In this document: piece after piece, positions 63,101-64,000 of the stretch | Position numbering within the stretch: position 1 is the stretch's first letter | How the letters are laid out: the number at the start of each line of letters is the position of its first letter | Assembly: GCA_032718475.1 (NCBI GenBank) | Contig: JAUCBJ010001654.1 | Span: 32,241-96,240 of the forward strand | Length of the DNA stretch: 64,000 bases | DNA from: Nemertoderma westbladi | Taxonomy: Eukaryota > Animalia > Xenacoelomorpha | Direction: 5' to 3' | Program-made: the position numbers and the translations under genes | Notes under the pieces: model-generated | What the model was told of the DNA's origin: nothing | Seen by the model: the letters and a program-made list of their open reading frames with translations, nothing else | The model's database searches: none

Positions 63101-64000
63101 CGATGGCGAAAGCCAGACTTCTCAAGGAGAAGATAGCGGGAAAGACACTGACCGCGCTTATTACGTGAATAAAATGCCTAAAGATCAGGTGAGTAAATTC
63201 AAGTCTCGAACAAATGACCGGAGAGAACAGGTAAGAAAAACTCCTCCTACGTCTCCCAAGAGAATTCAGGTGAGAAAGCCCGAAGAAAAAGCAAGTGTAC
63301 ACAATGTGACTCAGAATAAGGTAAGTAACATCAAACCGAAATGTGCGCTATGCGACGGGACCCACCGTTTGAATATGTGTGATGAATTTCTAAAGAAATC
63401 ATTAACTGAGAGACGTGAAGTCATGTGGGATAAGCGGTTATGTTATAATTGCCTCAGACAAGGACACCAACGGCGAACCTGTTTTTCTGACATAAGGTGT
63501 GCAAAGTGTGGTGCGAAACATCATATTTTGTTGCACGCTGAATTCGAGCGAAATAGTCCGAATCAGGTAAGTGATTCCGAACTACATGTCCAATTCAGTG
63601 ATGTGAACGACACTGATCAATCTGAGATGGAAGGATTCTATACAGACGAGTTCTCCGACGAAAACGAATCCTGTTACATGATAAATACCGCAGTGTATCG
63701 AGCACTCACATATGAAAAAGACACAGACATCGACCTAACCCTAACTACTTCTGAACGACAACCATCTTGGAAAGAGCCATCTTCCAATGTAGGGATCCGA
63801 GAGTTTCCTGTGGTGCAGGTAAGGGTTCACGGACCTAAACGGAGTTATGTAGTGAACGCCCTCCTGGACTCCGGCAGCACAGGAACATTCATTGATAAAG
63901 AACTAGCCGAAGACATATTCAATGGACAACCCAAGTTCCGAACTAAGCTAAACATGTCAGGAATCATGCAAGTTTGGAAATCTACAGTAACAGCTGATTA
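60129..64000 (+). CDS. BEL/Pao LTR retrotransposon gag-pol polyprotein (gag and start of protease; runs off window)
   Basis: Manual translation from ATG 60129 (MSDTKQNLSD...) found no stop, and frame checkpoints agree to the window end. Gag core KFNGDEMKWLPF...EKLRFLIECLEG...WDTLNIRYGN (~62505), triple Cys/His knuckle CALCDGTH...CYNCLRQGH...CAKCGAKHHILLH and aspartic protease ALLDSGS (~63858). Confidence 0.93.
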   Translation, partial: MSDTKQNLSDSLLDVTICDSDRDIEPSSRKFSSPPTVRKVIPPVVITEPRLVQHRRSIIGTRAQVKRDQEAAEQQQPASQELTSQRPNSSSSEDTVELTPERGARMTDAAYSDPLLILPAAVLTRLLIAVEEHQIDWARSKRATKDSYEGYTREELKSMVESQWNFPGPGLPFDLSEAAWEDIHRMGVAKETIDPAVWKRSAAGYAQGFFSSMERVEKQLFQQPKGPQEQGQLLYQVRERILRIRLILSAFEEASKRRQDTSLQVAVKTWFQRVSRQVQGTAQWKAQLEERSTHGESTDATFSQVEGEATAEKPHKRDAIDIYLSDYQRFVGDEELRRRLEGLSPNSEGAQRVLDAIDVDRLAANQAKFDEQLRIARDQEEQVKKKRIEDRKTAAVAAAVAAAEAERKAAVAVAVAEAEAERKAALATAEAVVEAERRASEEATQLELEILQERQDNFNKQLTASNMQMMSRSTPKRQGYTSSEEGDTTDPEGGGNRSRLSRRKRTFHRQKLPDLPPAVRRQLNNTNLASTEPTDQIITIERLPTIVDEPEIIRPVPEATLLVVDTPVLPEPTSQFPLHSTKLPVPSRTAPETVHALDSERNIHDLSPVVPRPPATTLADPVSAVDWVDERRRGMDILLGKMEENQMRSSQQVRELEGTVQQLKGTVKESRLELQEVQQNIALERDKLVNLQKGIPPPLVTMCQPVRSEVSHAQGVEPTRIYTASEVETPIVNPIKGNYRPVDNDIPYRPDHNLRNLYTDNSILNNTMAQESFTRQMARTEARQAVKVGEIVKFNGDEMKWLPFNEYYKDNIQNSVLSNGEKLRFLIECLEGSPKLMALKFIGHPDGLRQVWDTLNIRYGNRNNIAKYLYAKLVAPRKFISSGIIEFSDEIQEICRQLDWLGKSHEYQSSMVIGAVASTLPKGGVGTCWDKKVLYMMEQQRRDPTMADLMSFLEGEVKLQLLKQSREKTPENKVSEKPLSRRKVTPVCYTDDGESQTSQGEDSGKDTDRAYYVNKMPKDQVSKFKSRTNDRREQVRKTPPTSPKRIQVRKPEEKASVHNVTQNKVSNIKPKCALCDGTHRLNMCDEFLKKSLTERREVMWDKRLCYNCLRQGHQRRTCFSDIRCAKCGAKHHILLHAEFERNSPNQVSDSELHVQFSDVNDTDQSEMEGFYTDEFSDENESCYMINTAVYRALTYEKDTDIDLTLTTSERQPSWKEPSSNVGIREFPVVQVRVHGPKRSYVVNALLDSGSTGTFIDKELAEDIFNGQPKFRTKLNMSGIMQVWKSTVTAD

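Noticed and set aside
60017-63302. Short minus-strand and off-frame ORFs listed in the ORF track
   Set aside because: Shadows of the long BEL gag ORF, which the track omits because it has no stop inside the window.

Overview
Eukaryotic, most likely invertebrate animal, AT-rich and repeat-dominated genomic DNA. Only one complete host gene is evident: WASH complex subunit FAM21/WASHC2, with an intronless coding region (29537-33733, +). The probable tail of another CDS lies at 2-202. About 23 kb is three unrelated satellite arrays (1.1-15.7 kb, 35.4-39.7 kb, 42.5-46.7 kb). The rest is nested transposons: a tandem pair of MULE-like elements separated by a repeated 9-bp TSD, hAT, piggyBac and Harbinger MITEs, LINE and tRNA-SINE remnants, a decayed RTE, an internally deleted THAP/P element, a BEL/Pao solo LTR, and a BEL/Pao provirus. 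The provirus gag-pro ORF (60129 to the window end, no stop, absent from the ORF track) is open. The most notable observations are: (1) seven same-phase consensus 5' splice sites clustered at the BEL gag/protease boundary; (2) a 111-bp TSD-flanked insertion carrying a Penelope-type minimal hammerhead ribozyme inside satellite 3; (3) pervasive TA-duplicating micro-insertions resembling transposon excision footprints, one of them amplified inside satellite 2. All calls come from reading the sequence by eye; no database searches were run.
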